This document shows positions 16,034 through 25,904 of a DNA stretch of 35,035 bases, piece by piece. The notes beneath the pieces are model-generated. The model was not told the origin of the DNA, did no database searches, and saw only the letters and a list, made by a program, of their open reading frames with translations. The DNA lies in the sequence record NC_034628.1; one strand, 5' to 3'. Numbering within the stretch: the stretch's first letter is position 1; every line of letters begins with the position of its first letter. The translations under genes were made by a program, and so were the position numbers.

Positions 16034-19000
16034 ATGAGTTTCTTATTAAATCTTGGAGATTTAGGTACATTTTTTTCAGATGAGCTAACAGCATTAGAGA
16101 ATTTTGCAAATTTCTTAAGCTCTGATTTTATAAATTTTTTTAGTGCAGTAGTTAATGATATTGAAAATGTTGTAAGTTTCATAGGTCAAGCAATTAGTGA
16201 TATTCCAACTTTTATGCAAAAAATTGCTAACAATTTCTTACAAATTCTACAAAACTTTGTACAAACTGCAATTCCAGTAGTTTCAGGATTTTTAACATTT
16301 CTTGAACAACAAATTATAAATGTATTTCAAGATTTGTCTTCTTTAGCTTCTACATTTATTAATGATGCATATTCATTTTTACAAGGTATTGTAAATGCAT
16401 TTGCAAATTTAATAAGTACAATAGTTCAAGATTTTCTAAATAATTTTGGTCAAAATATGAAACATATTAGTTCTGCAATTTCTCAACTTACTCAATTCCT
16501 AACGCCGTTTATCGCTCCAGTTACTTTAGGAAAATTTTTGCCAGCAATAATAGATAAATTAGCTGAAATTTTGCCAGAAGTTGAAATAGATTTAGCGCCA
16601 GTTGGCCTAGGTGGAAAAATTCCAATTAACTTTGGAGAAATTGTAAAAGCTTTCGCAGAGACAACTGTTGATTTTCTTAATGAAGTTAGACAAGAAATTC
16701 AAACTACGCTTAAGGAGTTTATAAAAGAGCCATTTATTTCAGATTTTAAAATTACTGCGAGAGAAATATTTAATGAAATTGGACTTGGAGATTTACCATT
16801 TGCTGATCCACCATTTAAACAAATTGCAAATTGGGTAGGTGCAAGATCTTTTAGTGAAATTAAAGATCATTTAAGAGAAACAATACTACTCACAGGATTT
16901 CCCGCATGGTTCACAGATGCATATCTAGAATCTCCAGTAGATGATTATATACCAAGAAATCCCTTATTTAGACCAGTAAATATAAGAGATGTAATTCTAG
17001 CTTCACAATATGGAATTTTAGACTTTAGTGCAGTTTCACAATATGCAGAAAATAATTTAATAACTCCAAAAACTGCAAAATTAATGTATAATAATCAAAC
17101 TGCTAGACTTTTGCAAAGAGTAGTTGAAGAAGGAATTAGGCAATTTGTTGTAACTCCAGATAAAGCATATGAAGAAATTATAAATAATGTTAATTTAGCA
17201 GGTAAAGATTTATATTTAAAAGTTTTCTCTCTCGAGTACAATTACTCTGTTCAGAGAATTGTTAGACAGTTCTTGAGATCACTTTTATCGAGAGCATTAA
17301 CAAATTTTGGAAGGCCTTACATTGACTTAAAATTCCTAGAATCAACAGTTCAAAAATTATTTAAAGAATTAAATTATCCCGCTGAAGTTCAAAGTGTTTT
17401 CAACGTGATGATTGAACAATCTCAAATAGTTTACACTAATCAACTTCTTCTAACACAATTAGAACAAATTACCAGATTAGGAATATTTGATGAAAAGAAA
17501 ATAAAAGCAGAGTTAAAAGCTAATAACTTTAATGAGCAAATAGCACTTACAATTTTGAATTATGAACTTCAATATGTAAAATTGCAGTATATCTTAAAAG
17601 AGTTTCAGTTTAAACTACAAAATTACATTATTAGCACAAAAGACGCAGAACATCAATTAAAGAGTTTAGGATTTGATTCTTCCATAATTTCTGAAATCCT
17701 ATTTGAATATCAAACTGCACCATTAGTGAAATATCAAATTTCACAAATTGAAAGTCTAGCTAAAAAAGGATATTTATCAGTTGATGAAATTAAAAAACAA
17801 TTACATGAGCTTAGTGTTATAAAGGAGTTTGAAGATATATTTATCAATTACACAAATCAAGAAATTCAAATATCATCAACTTTAAGTATTGCAAAAGAAC
17901 AATTAAGAAACTTTCTAATAGATTCAAAAGCTGTAGAAAATGAATTAAAAGTGTTGAAAATTAACGAATATCTGATAAACGAGATAATTCAAGAAGAATA
18001 TAACATAAATATTGCTAAATTACAATTATCATATATAGAAACTTTAGCTAAGAATTTATATTATGATCAAGCTCAATTATCTGGAGAATTATCTAAAATT
18101 TTGAAAGATAAAACTGCAATAGATCTTTATACTCAAAAATTCTATTATGAATACATATATCCAAAAATTATAAATTATTATACACAATTAGCAAGACATG
18201 GAATAATTACAGATATTTCAAAACTTCCAAAAGAAATTGTACAATATGAAATTAATCCAGAAATCCAAATTTTCCAACTTACAACAGAATTAGAATATAT
18301 AAAGTCTTTATTAAAAGATTTACAAATAACTCCAGATAAAGCAATTCAAGAATTAGAAAAATTAGGAATGCAAAAAGATTTAGCTAATTTAATTGTTCAA
18401 ACTTACATTCCAACAATTTATAGTTTACATACAATTATTGGAAATATTGTAAATGGACAACTCTTCAAAGTGGGAAAAGTTCCCGTAAATCTAGGAAATG
18501 CAGAAAGTGAACTTAGAAAATTAGGAATTCCAGAAAATCAAATAAAAGTTATCTTGGACCAATATGCCTCCAGTTTTGGACTTGAAATTTGGAGAAAATT
18601 CTTGCCTTCACTTTCTCAAATTGAAACTGCAATAAAGTATAACTTTCCAATTAATCAATTAGTTGAATATTCATTTATACCTTCTGAATTTCTAAATCTT
18701 TATAGTAATTTATATCAACATGAAGTAGTTGGGCAATATATACAATCTTTGAGAAATGAATATATTCAACTCCTCACTTATGGAGTTCAAAATATCCAAT
18801 TAGAGAATTTGTTAAAACAATATGGAATAAATGAAGCATTATTAGGAGTTTTCAAATTAACCGCTCAAATTAGAAAAATATTAACAGCTTATCAAGAACT
18901 ATACTTAACGCCATCTAAAGCTCTACAAATTAGCGAATATGTTAGCAATCCAACACAATTATTGCAAAAAGTATTTAGTGAATTTCAAGTTCCTTCAGAT

Positions 19001-19210
19001 CTGCAAAATACTTATCTTGAATATGCTAGAAATAGGAGACTTAGGACATACGTAAACGACATAATTTCAACAATTAATTTATTGTTTGAAAAGCAAAAGA
19101 TAGATCTAAATACGGCTCAACAATACTTACAACAACTTAAAAAATATGGATTAACAGATGAAGAAATACAATTAATATTACTGAATTGGCAGTTAAGAAG
19201 TAACTATTAA
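16034..19210 (+). CDS. Large virion protein, terminal fibres (ORF1070 type)
   Basis: 1058 aa, helical/coiled-coil with repeated L..L...G/Y....I..EL..LG units; largest gene, position typical of rudiviruses. Confidence 0.9.
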   Translation: MSFLLNLGDLGTFFSDELTALENFANFLSSDFINFFSAVVNDIENVVSFIGQAISDIPTFMQKIANNFLQILQNFVQTAIPVVSGFLTFLEQQIINVFQDLSSLASTFINDAYSFLQGIVNAFANLISTIVQDFLNNFGQNMKHISSAISQLTQFLTPFIAPVTLGKFLPAIIDKLAEILPEVEIDLAPVGLGGKIPINFGEIVKAFAETTVDFLNEVRQEIQTTLKEFIKEPFISDFKITAREIFNEIGLGDLPFADPPFKQIANWVGARSFSEIKDHLRETILLTGFPAWFTDAYLESPVDDYIPRNPLFRPVNIRDVILASQYGILDFSAVSQYAENNLITPKTAKLMYNNQTARLLQRVVEEGIRQFVVTPDKAYEEIINNVNLAGKDLYLKVFSLEYNYSVQRIVRQFLRSLLSRALTNFGRPYIDLKFLESTVQKLFKELNYPAEVQSVFNVMIEQSQIVYTNQLLLTQLEQITRLGIFDEKKIKAELKANNFNEQIALTILNYELQYVKLQYILKEFQFKLQNYIISTKDAEHQLKSLGFDSSIISEILFEYQTAPLVKYQISQIESLAKKGYLSVDEIKKQLHELSVIKEFEDIFINYTNQEIQISSTLSIAKEQLRNFLIDSKAVENELKVLKINEYLINEIIQEEYNINIAKLQLSYIETLAKNLYYDQAQLSGELSKILKDKTAIDLYTQKFYYEYIYPKIINYYTQLARHGIITDISKLPKEIVQYEINPEIQIFQLTTELEYIKSLLKDLQITPDKAIQELEKLGMQKDLANLIVQTYIPTIYSLHTIIGNIVNGQLFKVGKVPVNLGNAESELRKLGIPENQIKVILDQYASSFGLEIWRKFLPSLSQIETAIKYNFPINQLVEYSFIPSEFLNLYSNLYQHEVVGQYIQSLRNEYIQLLTYGVQNIQLENLLKQYGINEALLGVFKLTAQIRKILTAYQELYLTPSKALQISEYVSNPTQLLQKVFSEFQVPSDLQNTYLEYARNRRLRTYVNDIISTINLLFEKQKIDLNTAQQYLQQLKKYGLTDEEIQLILLNWQLRSNY

Positions 19211-19241
19211 ATAAATTTGTCATAATTTTTAGTTTTTACAC

Positions 19242-20054
19242 ATGAGTGTCAATTTATGTCATTATGAAGCAGAAAATATAAGCTATAAAGATTTAGAAAA
19301 TTTACAAGGTATGATATATTATGAAATTAAATACGACGGAACTCATATCTGTTTAAAATATGAAAATTCATTAAAGATAAACACTAGAAAAGACATTCCA
19401 CATGATAAAGGATTTCAAAATTTATTTTATCAAGTTCCAAATATTGAGGAAGTTATAAAATATATAAAACAAAATCCACAATATATTATCCATGGAGAAC
19501 TTATACATAAAAAGACATCAGCACTACAAATCCATACAAATGAAATTCCGGAATTTATCATATATGATGTCTTTGACAAAGAAGATAATAGATATTTAAA
19601 TCCAACTGAAGTTGATAGCGAAATTTATTATTGGTATCCTGAAATTTGTTTAGATTTAGATGATTTGATTGATATTATAACTAAAGAAAAACTTGAGGGT
19701 TTAGTAGCTAAAATTTACAATTCACAAACTATAAACTGTGAAGAAGGAAAGAATTTCAATTTATGCGTTTACAAATATAAGCCATATTTTTCAACTTTAG
19801 GAGTAATATTCAAACCAATTAAAAGAGAAATTGATATTAGACAATTATCATTTTTATTAGGAGAAATTGATAATGACTTAAAGAATAATAAAGATGATTG
19901 GTACGAAAATCATCAAGATCTTTACAAGTTCTTTATCGAAAATAAAGATAAAATAATACAGATACTACAAAACGAAAACTTTATATCACAAATTGAGAAA
20001 GAAACACATTTAGACATTAAGAAAATAAAAGAATACATTATAAACTTCAAATGA
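19242..20054 (+). CDS. ATP-dependent ligase-family nucleotidyltransferase (RNA-ligase-like)
   Basis: Motifs I EIKYDG, Ia NTRK, III HGEL, IIIa FIIYDV, IV EGLVAK, V YKYK; helical C-terminus; GTC promoter at 19219. Confidence 0.8.
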   Translation: MSVNLCHYEAENISYKDLENLQGMIYYEIKYDGTHICLKYENSLKINTRKDIPHDKGFQNLFYQVPNIEEVIKYIKQNPQYIIHGELIHKKTSALQIHTNEIPEFIIYDVFDKEDNRYLNPTEVDSEIYYWYPEICLDLDDLIDIITKEKLEGLVAKIYNSQTINCEEGKNFNLCVYKYKPYFSTLGVIFKPIKREIDIRQLSFLLGEIDNDLKNNKDDWYENHQDLYKFFIENKDKIIQILQNENFISQIEKETHLDIKKIKEYIINFK

Positions 20055-20138
20055 TGATAACAATTACAACTTGCTATATACATAATATTATGTATAAGCT
20101 ATGTGTGTTTATTTTTGTCAAGTTAATAATTTTTTCAT

Positions 20139-21884
20139 ATGAGCTTACCTTACAAAGTACGTTTTAAATTGCCATTAGAATTTCTGACTTTGCAAGACTG
20201 GAATAACTTTGTGCAAAATTTGTTATTTATAAATCAATACGGTCCAGGTAAACTTTTACAATATTATCAAAATGGCAATTTTCAAAATCTTAATGATGTA
20301 ATTGCTAAATATTTATATGTTTCAGCGTTAAAAGCTAAAGGTTATAATGTTCTTCATAATTTATCACAACCTCAAGCTTATACATTCGGAGAAGGAAAAC
20401 AACAGCCATTTAAAAGCATGACAAATAAACCTACTGTAAGCTTTCCATATTCAATTCCATTTGAATTTATACAATTTTATCCGATATCTGAATTGCCTAA
20501 CTATAAATTTCCAGTTTTTCCAGTTGAGAAATTAAAAGTTCAATTATCACAAGTTAGTAAACAATTACAATTATTAATTCCCAAACTCATAAGTAAAATT
20601 GTAACTCCTAGATTCATTGCTGGTACGCAATTTACATTTTCTGGAACAGCGACTGTTGAAGATTTAGTGAATAATTATTTAAATCCTACATATTTACAAT
20701 CTTGGAGAGAGATAACAATACAAAATTTAGGAAATTCTGCAGTTCAAATTAATAATTCTATCTATTTAATGCCTAAAAATTGTTTAAAAATAACTGCAAG
20801 TTCTCCATCTGAAATTCAATTAACTGCACAAACCCCGACTTTGCTAAGTGAAGAAATTGAATTTGTTGAAATTTCCATAACTACTTATACAATTACAATA
20901 ACAAATAGTCAATCAGACCCGACTCCTTCACCATTTCAACAATTATTACAACTAGATTTGTCTTCAATTTTATCTAGTCCATCCCAACTTCTTAATTTAC
21001 AATTTTGCTTAGATGCACAATGTCAAACTCCATTATACGCATGGATCGAACAAAATAGCCTATCTAATGCTTACATTTGGATAAAATTACCAGTTTCAAT
21101 TCCTGCAAATTCATCAATTACAATTTATATGTTTGTAAGAAATTCGATTCAATATCCTTATACGGGGATAGCTCCGCAACTTACTTCCACATATGCTCAA
21201 TATGATAATGGAGAAAATGTATTCAATTTTTATGACAATTTTGCTGGAACTACATTAAGTTCAAAATGGACAGCCGGTACGTCTGGCGGTTCATATACAG
21301 TTAATAACGGGCTAACAATAACACTTCCATATAATGCTCCGTCAGGAAGTTATGTTTATATTTCAACTTCTTCTTTTACTGTAAATTCTCCACAAATAGT
21401 TGAAAGTTATGCAAATTTAAATGGTTTTAATACTGCTGATTTTAGGATGGTTCCTATTGCATTAACGCAATATAATAATGTCCCATGGGAAGCTGATCTT
21501 GGAAAAAATGAGAATGCTGTTGGATGGGTAGGAGATGCTCAAGCAACAAATACAGTTAGTGCGGAAACTACTACTGTAGGTAATGTAAATTTTTTTGAAA
21601 GTTCGCAAATTACAAGTACATCAGAATATCAATTATGGGGAATAGTATATCCTAATAATGGAAGTGTAACTGTTCAATATAATTATCAAAATTGGGGTTC
21701 TACTACTACTTATGTTCCTTCTACTCCATTATACATAACAATAAGTAACTATGTTTATCCAGCTCAAGATACTTATACAACAACATATCCTATTAATGTA
21801 TATTATGTTAGAGCACGAGCTTATCCTCCAAACGGAGTAATGCCTTCAAATTCTCAACCACAAAAGACAATAATTCTAGTCTAG
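20139..21884 (+). CDS. Probable virion/adhesion protein with DUF2341-like and lectin-like C-terminal half
   Basis: PLYAWIE....AYIWIKLP..IPANSSITIYM and YDNG..VF.FYDNF.G..L..KW patterns; S/T/N-rich beta C-terminus. Confidence 0.75.
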   Translation: MSLPYKVRFKLPLEFLTLQDWNNFVQNLLFINQYGPGKLLQYYQNGNFQNLNDVIAKYLYVSALKAKGYNVLHNLSQPQAYTFGEGKQQPFKSMTNKPTVSFPYSIPFEFIQFYPISELPNYKFPVFPVEKLKVQLSQVSKQLQLLIPKLISKIVTPRFIAGTQFTFSGTATVEDLVNNYLNPTYLQSWREITIQNLGNSAVQINNSIYLMPKNCLKITASSPSEIQLTAQTPTLLSEEIEFVEISITTYTITITNSQSDPTPSPFQQLLQLDLSSILSSPSQLLNLQFCLDAQCQTPLYAWIEQNSLSNAYIWIKLPVSIPANSSITIYMFVRNSIQYPYTGIAPQLTSTYAQYDNGENVFNFYDNFAGTTLSSKWTAGTSGGSYTVNNGLTITLPYNAPSGSYVYISTSSFTVNSPQIVESYANLNGFNTADFRMVPIALTQYNNVPWEADLGKNENAVGWVGDAQATNTVSAETTTVGNVNFFESSQITSTSEYQLWGIVYPNNGSVTVQYNYQNWGSTTTYVPSTPLYITISNYVYPAQDTYTTTYPINVYYVRARAYPPNGVMPSNSQPQKTIILV

Positions 21885-21894
21885 TGATGTTAAA

Positions 21895-23553
21895 ATGTCT
21901 TCAACTTACTGTATTCAATTAACACAAGATCTTTATTTGATTGCTATAACTACAGCAAATCCTGTAAATTTTACTAATTTACAATTCTCATTATCTGTAA
22001 ATTCTTTAGTTATATTTCTATTCTCAAAATATCCATTTAATTTTGGTTATGACCATGCTTTTTGCGTAAATCAAGATGAATTTGGTTTCGCTCAAGTCGG
22101 GACAACCTTCAATATAGATTTAACAAATTATCAAGGATATTATATGTTAATTTTAATTTATCCTGAAGGAATTAATTTAACTAGTGTTGGAAGTTGTGAT
22201 ATTGTTCCAAATTTAACTATGACTTTTCAAAATACAACAATTTCGCCAATTGAAAGTGAAACAATAATTAATAATTTTGATGGACAATTTGAAACAGATT
22301 TTTGTGCATGTTATCAAGGTCAAAGTCATACAATAGGAACTACATGTTCAAATTCAAATTATGTTCCAGCAATTTCATTAAATAATCTAAATAACCAATT
22401 AGTAATTATAACTTGTCAAGCATTTTATCCTACAAGTAATACAACTGTAGAATTTGTAACGCCGACCACATGTCCTTATTTTGGTGCATATTTAACAGCA
22501 GAAATAATATTTATTGGAAATCAACAAGTCATAGATTTTCTAAATAGTAACAATATATCATATTCTACTATTTCTTCTACTACATGTCAAGCATTTTCAA
22601 GTATATCGCCATGCGAATTACCTTGCAGATCAGTTTACCAAATTTCACAATTATTATCTCCGCCGCTTAAATATTCATTGATTACCTCAAAATTGTGGAA
22701 TGAAATAGTTAATGATTTATATTTAGCTTACACCATATTTAAATATATTAATTATTTATCTCAATTTCCATATATACAAAATATATATCATGCAATTTCA
22801 GATTTCTACAATTTCTATGAAAACTTTCAACCTTACGTATTTAAACCACTTATTCATGCTAGAAAAGGACTTCCTTTGACAGCTGATTATTTCAATTCTT
22901 TAATAGATACAATTATAGAATTAGCAAATTTTGCTAATATACAATTACGACAAGGAATTTCTCATGTCCAGCCTGACCAAATCGTAAAATCTTTACAATT
23001 CGATAATATAATATATAATGTAAATCAACTTCTAACTTTTAATTATAATCAATACTTTTTACTTAGTTGTTATGGGAATGAATTTAATAATTTATTGAGT
23101 TCAATAACTACATTCCTAAATGTCTTAATTTCGAATCCTATGATCAATATCACAATTCCAAATAATGTCTATATTAAAAACTTCCTAATTTATAATAATT
23201 TTAACACTATTACTATTTATGGGACAATTGCTAACCTTGTAATGAATTTAAATTCTGGAACTATACAATTACAAGACTTTTCATCTATAAGTTTTCTCGT
23301 TTTACAAAATAATTCAGGAATAATAGAACTTAATAATGAATCCAATATACATAATTTATCAATTAATCAAAATCCCGGAACTATTAATATCAACAATAAT
23401 TCAACTGTAAATACAATACAAATTCAAAATAATAGTGGAATAATTAATATCAATGATAATGCAATAATTGAAAATCTAATTTGTAGTCAAAATATTGGAA
23501 CTGTAAATATTTCATCGGATGCGATAGTTATAAATAATCAGTGCAGTTCATAG
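21895..23553 (+). CDS. Probable virion protein (ORF562/564 type) with C-terminal 20-aa beta-solenoid repeats
   Basis: Five N(S/P/I)G(T/I)(I/V) repeats of 20 aa at 23251-23550; Cys-rich N-terminal half. Confidence 0.75.
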   Translation: MSSTYCIQLTQDLYLIAITTANPVNFTNLQFSLSVNSLVIFLFSKYPFNFGYDHAFCVNQDEFGFAQVGTTFNIDLTNYQGYYMLILIYPEGINLTSVGSCDIVPNLTMTFQNTTISPIESETIINNFDGQFETDFCACYQGQSHTIGTTCSNSNYVPAISLNNLNNQLVIITCQAFYPTSNTTVEFVTPTTCPYFGAYLTAEIIFIGNQQVIDFLNSNNISYSTISSTTCQAFSSISPCELPCRSVYQISQLLSPPLKYSLITSKLWNEIVNDLYLAYTIFKYINYLSQFPYIQNIYHAISDFYNFYENFQPYVFKPLIHARKGLPLTADYFNSLIDTIIELANFANIQLRQGISHVQPDQIVKSLQFDNIIYNVNQLLTFNYNQYFLLSCYGNEFNNLLSSITTFLNVLISNPMINITIPNNVYIKNFLIYNNFNTITIYGTIANLVMNLNSGTIQLQDFSSISFLVLQNNSGIIELNNESNIHNLSINQNPGTININNNSTVNTIQIQNNSGIININDNAIIENLICSQNIGTVNISSDAIVINNQCSS

Positions 23554-24030
23554 TTTACAAAATACAAATTCTCTATTATCATCAGTTATGAAAGTTAAAA
23601 TTGTTCCATATAATTTTTTCATTAACTCAAACCTATTTTCTGTCCAATCATGTATTGCTATACAATATTGTTTATATTTCTGTAATTGAGAAACATCTAA
23701 ATTCTTTTCACAATCTTCACAATCCATTATAAAAACATCAGAATTTGGGTATTCTTTACCAGTCCATTCCCCATTTATCTCAACTTTATCACAAATTTGA
23801 AATTCTTTACAAACTTTTTCTTTGAATAATTGGTTCAGCTTTTCCTCTTTCTCATAGCCTACAATTTTTTTAGCACCTTTTAGCAAAAAATACAAAGCTG
23901 AACTTCCGCAATCATTACCAATAATTGTAATTGTCTTATCTTTCACATCTAATTTTCCATATACTAAATCAAATTCATGCCAATAACAACATTCCATTTT
24001 ACAGAAATAATCTTTATAATTAAAACTCAC
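23548..24030 (-). CDS. SAM-dependent methyltransferase
   Basis: IIGNDCGSSALYFLLKGAKKIVGYE motif I plus acidic end of beta-2; matches the rudiviral ORF158 type. Confidence 0.8.
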   Translation of the reverse strand: MSFNYKDYFCKMECCYWHEFDLVYGKLDVKDKTITIIGNDCGSSALYFLLKGAKKIVGYEKEEKLNQLFKEKVCKEFQICDKVEINGEWTGKEYPNSDVFIMDCEDCEKNLDVSQLQKYKQYCIAIHDWTENRFELMKKLYGTILTFITDDNREFVFCKL

Positions 24031-24032
24031 GT

Positions 24033-24956
24033 TTAAACGACCTCAAATAGAGCATAAACTTTAGCTTTTCCTGTTGCCCATGCGTAAACATTAGCAGGAT
24101 TATTTACATGAATTTCTATTGAATCGTTTGGCAAAATTGGGAAATTATTATATAAATTATTGCCAATATAAACTATGTAATTACTGAGATTTTGGAGAAT
24201 TATTCTAACAGTTTCTAACGATGAACCTGAATATAATGGACTTGGAGTCGTTGAAACATCAAGCTGAAGTCCTTCAATAGTCGGCGGGCTTAAATACAAA
24301 CTGAGTTTATTTATTGTATTTGCTAATCCTACAGTTGCTAAATACAAATAAGTCAAAGTATAAGCTAAAGAATCGGCAATAAAATATATTGCACTTTGTA
24401 ACGAAATTCCTAATTTTTTAGCTATTGAGTTTATAGTTTCGTAAAATGAAATATAGAAATTCTGTAAATCTTCTTTTATTATAGTCCTAGATTGTTCAAT
24501 ATTTGAAATTAAATAATTTACGACATTATATATCGTTTCGTATAAAGCCTGAGTATCTTTGCTTAAAATTAAAGTAGCAGTTGGAACAGCAACTATAATT
24601 TTCTCGTAAATTTCCTGAGGAAGTTTAACAATTGAATAGTATAATTGTTCATTAGAGTATAAAATTGCATTTATTTGTTGATTTGCAGTCGAAATAAATC
24701 CGGCAATGTATATTGGATCCAACTCAGTTATGACAGGCTGACCAGCTACATAAACTTCATTATAAAAAAATCCGGAACTAGCATTTATAGAGCCTGGAAT
24801 TGTTAAATTTCCATTTTTCAAAATTGAAGTAACCGCATTACCTCCAGTTTCATAAAGCTGAATTAGCAAAAGTGATGCGGTATTCCACATGCTAGAAGTT
24901 AATCTCTGGAAAGGCGAAGCCAACAAACTCGAAATTGAGGCATATGTAATGCTCAT
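24033..24956 (-). CDS. Conserved rudiviral protein, 307 aa (likely virion-associated)
   Basis: Shares motifs with the 581-aa and 552-aa proteins; 2 nt from the methyltransferase start. Confidence 0.75.
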   Translation of the reverse strand: MSITYASISSLLASPFQRLTSSMWNTASLLLIQLYETGGNAVTSILKNGNLTIPGSINASSGFFYNEVYVAGQPVITELDPIYIAGFISTANQQINAILYSNEQLYYSIVKLPQEIYEKIIVAVPTATLILSKDTQALYETIYNVVNYLISNIEQSRTIIKEDLQNFYISFYETINSIAKKLGISLQSAIYFIADSLAYTLTYLYLATVGLANTINKLSLYLSPPTIEGLQLDVSTTPSPLYSGSSLETVRIILQNLSNYIVYIGNNLYNNFPILPNDSIEIHVNNPANVYAWATGKAKVYALFEVV

Positions 24957-25183
24957 AGTTTAATATTTCTGAAATGACAAAAATAAGAACTCATAGCTTA
25001 TATATCATATAATGTATATAGCTTGATCTAATTGTGAGGCCGATAAGGCCGAACTAGTACAAGTTTGGAATTATGAATTAGAAAAACATGCTTAAAATTT
25101 TAGTTTATGAATTCAGAATCAAGTACGCAGTTCTCATTACGAATTAGCAATATTTTAATTTGTCATGAACTGGAAAAATAATC

Positions 25184-25789
25184 ATGAAAATCTTTACTTT
25201 TGCAGGATATACAAAACATTTAGAAGAATTAGATTTTGATTATGTTGTAGTTGATAGGACATTTAATGATATAACTCCCCAGTTAATTGAGAAATACTCA
25301 AATAAGATAAACTGGAATGAGACAAATAGTGATATAAGATGGATCAGAATTGCTAAACAATTGCTAAAAATTTTAGATATAGCAAAAGAACAAGATGATG
25401 ATATATTTGCAATCATAGATAGTGATTTAATAGTTCCAAAATTACGTGAAATAGACCCTTTAAATAGAATTCTCACGCTTTGCTATTGGCTTTATTATGA
25501 TTGGGCAAATGAAATAAGACCTTTCTGTTCAGGAACAAATTACATTTTCAGGAAAAATCAAATTTCAAATTTAGAAATTATATTAAATACTTATTTGGAA
25601 AAAGAATATTACAAAGAAATTCCAATAGATATTTTCATTCATGACCATATTCTACATATAAATATATTAAAATTAGGAACTATACATTATGTTAAAACTC
25701 CTGAAGGAGAGAAAAAAATGGAATTTAAATTTGAAGATATTCCCCAAATTGTAAAGCATATTCCAGAATTTGTTTTAATATCTTGGTGA
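25184..25789 (+). CDS. GT-A-like glycosyltransferase
   Basis: DxD motif IIDSDL after VVVD; CSGTNYIF loop; GTC promoter at 25162. Confidence 0.65.
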   Translation: MKIFTFAGYTKHLEELDFDYVVVDRTFNDITPQLIEKYSNKINWNETNSDIRWIRIAKQLLKILDIAKEQDDDIFAIIDSDLIVPKLREIDPLNRILTLCYWLYYDWANEIRPFCSGTNYIFRKNQISNLEIILNTYLEKEYYKEIPIDIFIHDHILHINILKLGTIHYVKTPEGEKKMEFKFEDIPQIVKHIPEFVLISW

Positions 25790-25904
25790 GGACAAAAATG
25801 AAGTTCTTTAATTCAAAATTAAGACCGAAACAGTCCAAATTAAAAGTTAAAGAAATTAAAATGTCATTTTTTAATTTTTGAACTAAGGACGTGGTGAATA
25901 TAAA

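Noticed and set aside
3354-16182. ORF-track entries 3354-3587, 6546-6821, 7920-8168, 11324-11686, 11764-11955, 12910-13116, 15442-15720, 15952-16182
   Set aside because: They overlap better-supported genes in another frame or strand, have low-complexity composition, and show no promoter or RBS.
25798-25881. 27-aa micro-ORF between the two glycosyltransferases
   Set aside because: It has a GGTGAG upstream but overlaps the promoter of the next gene, and nothing else supports it.
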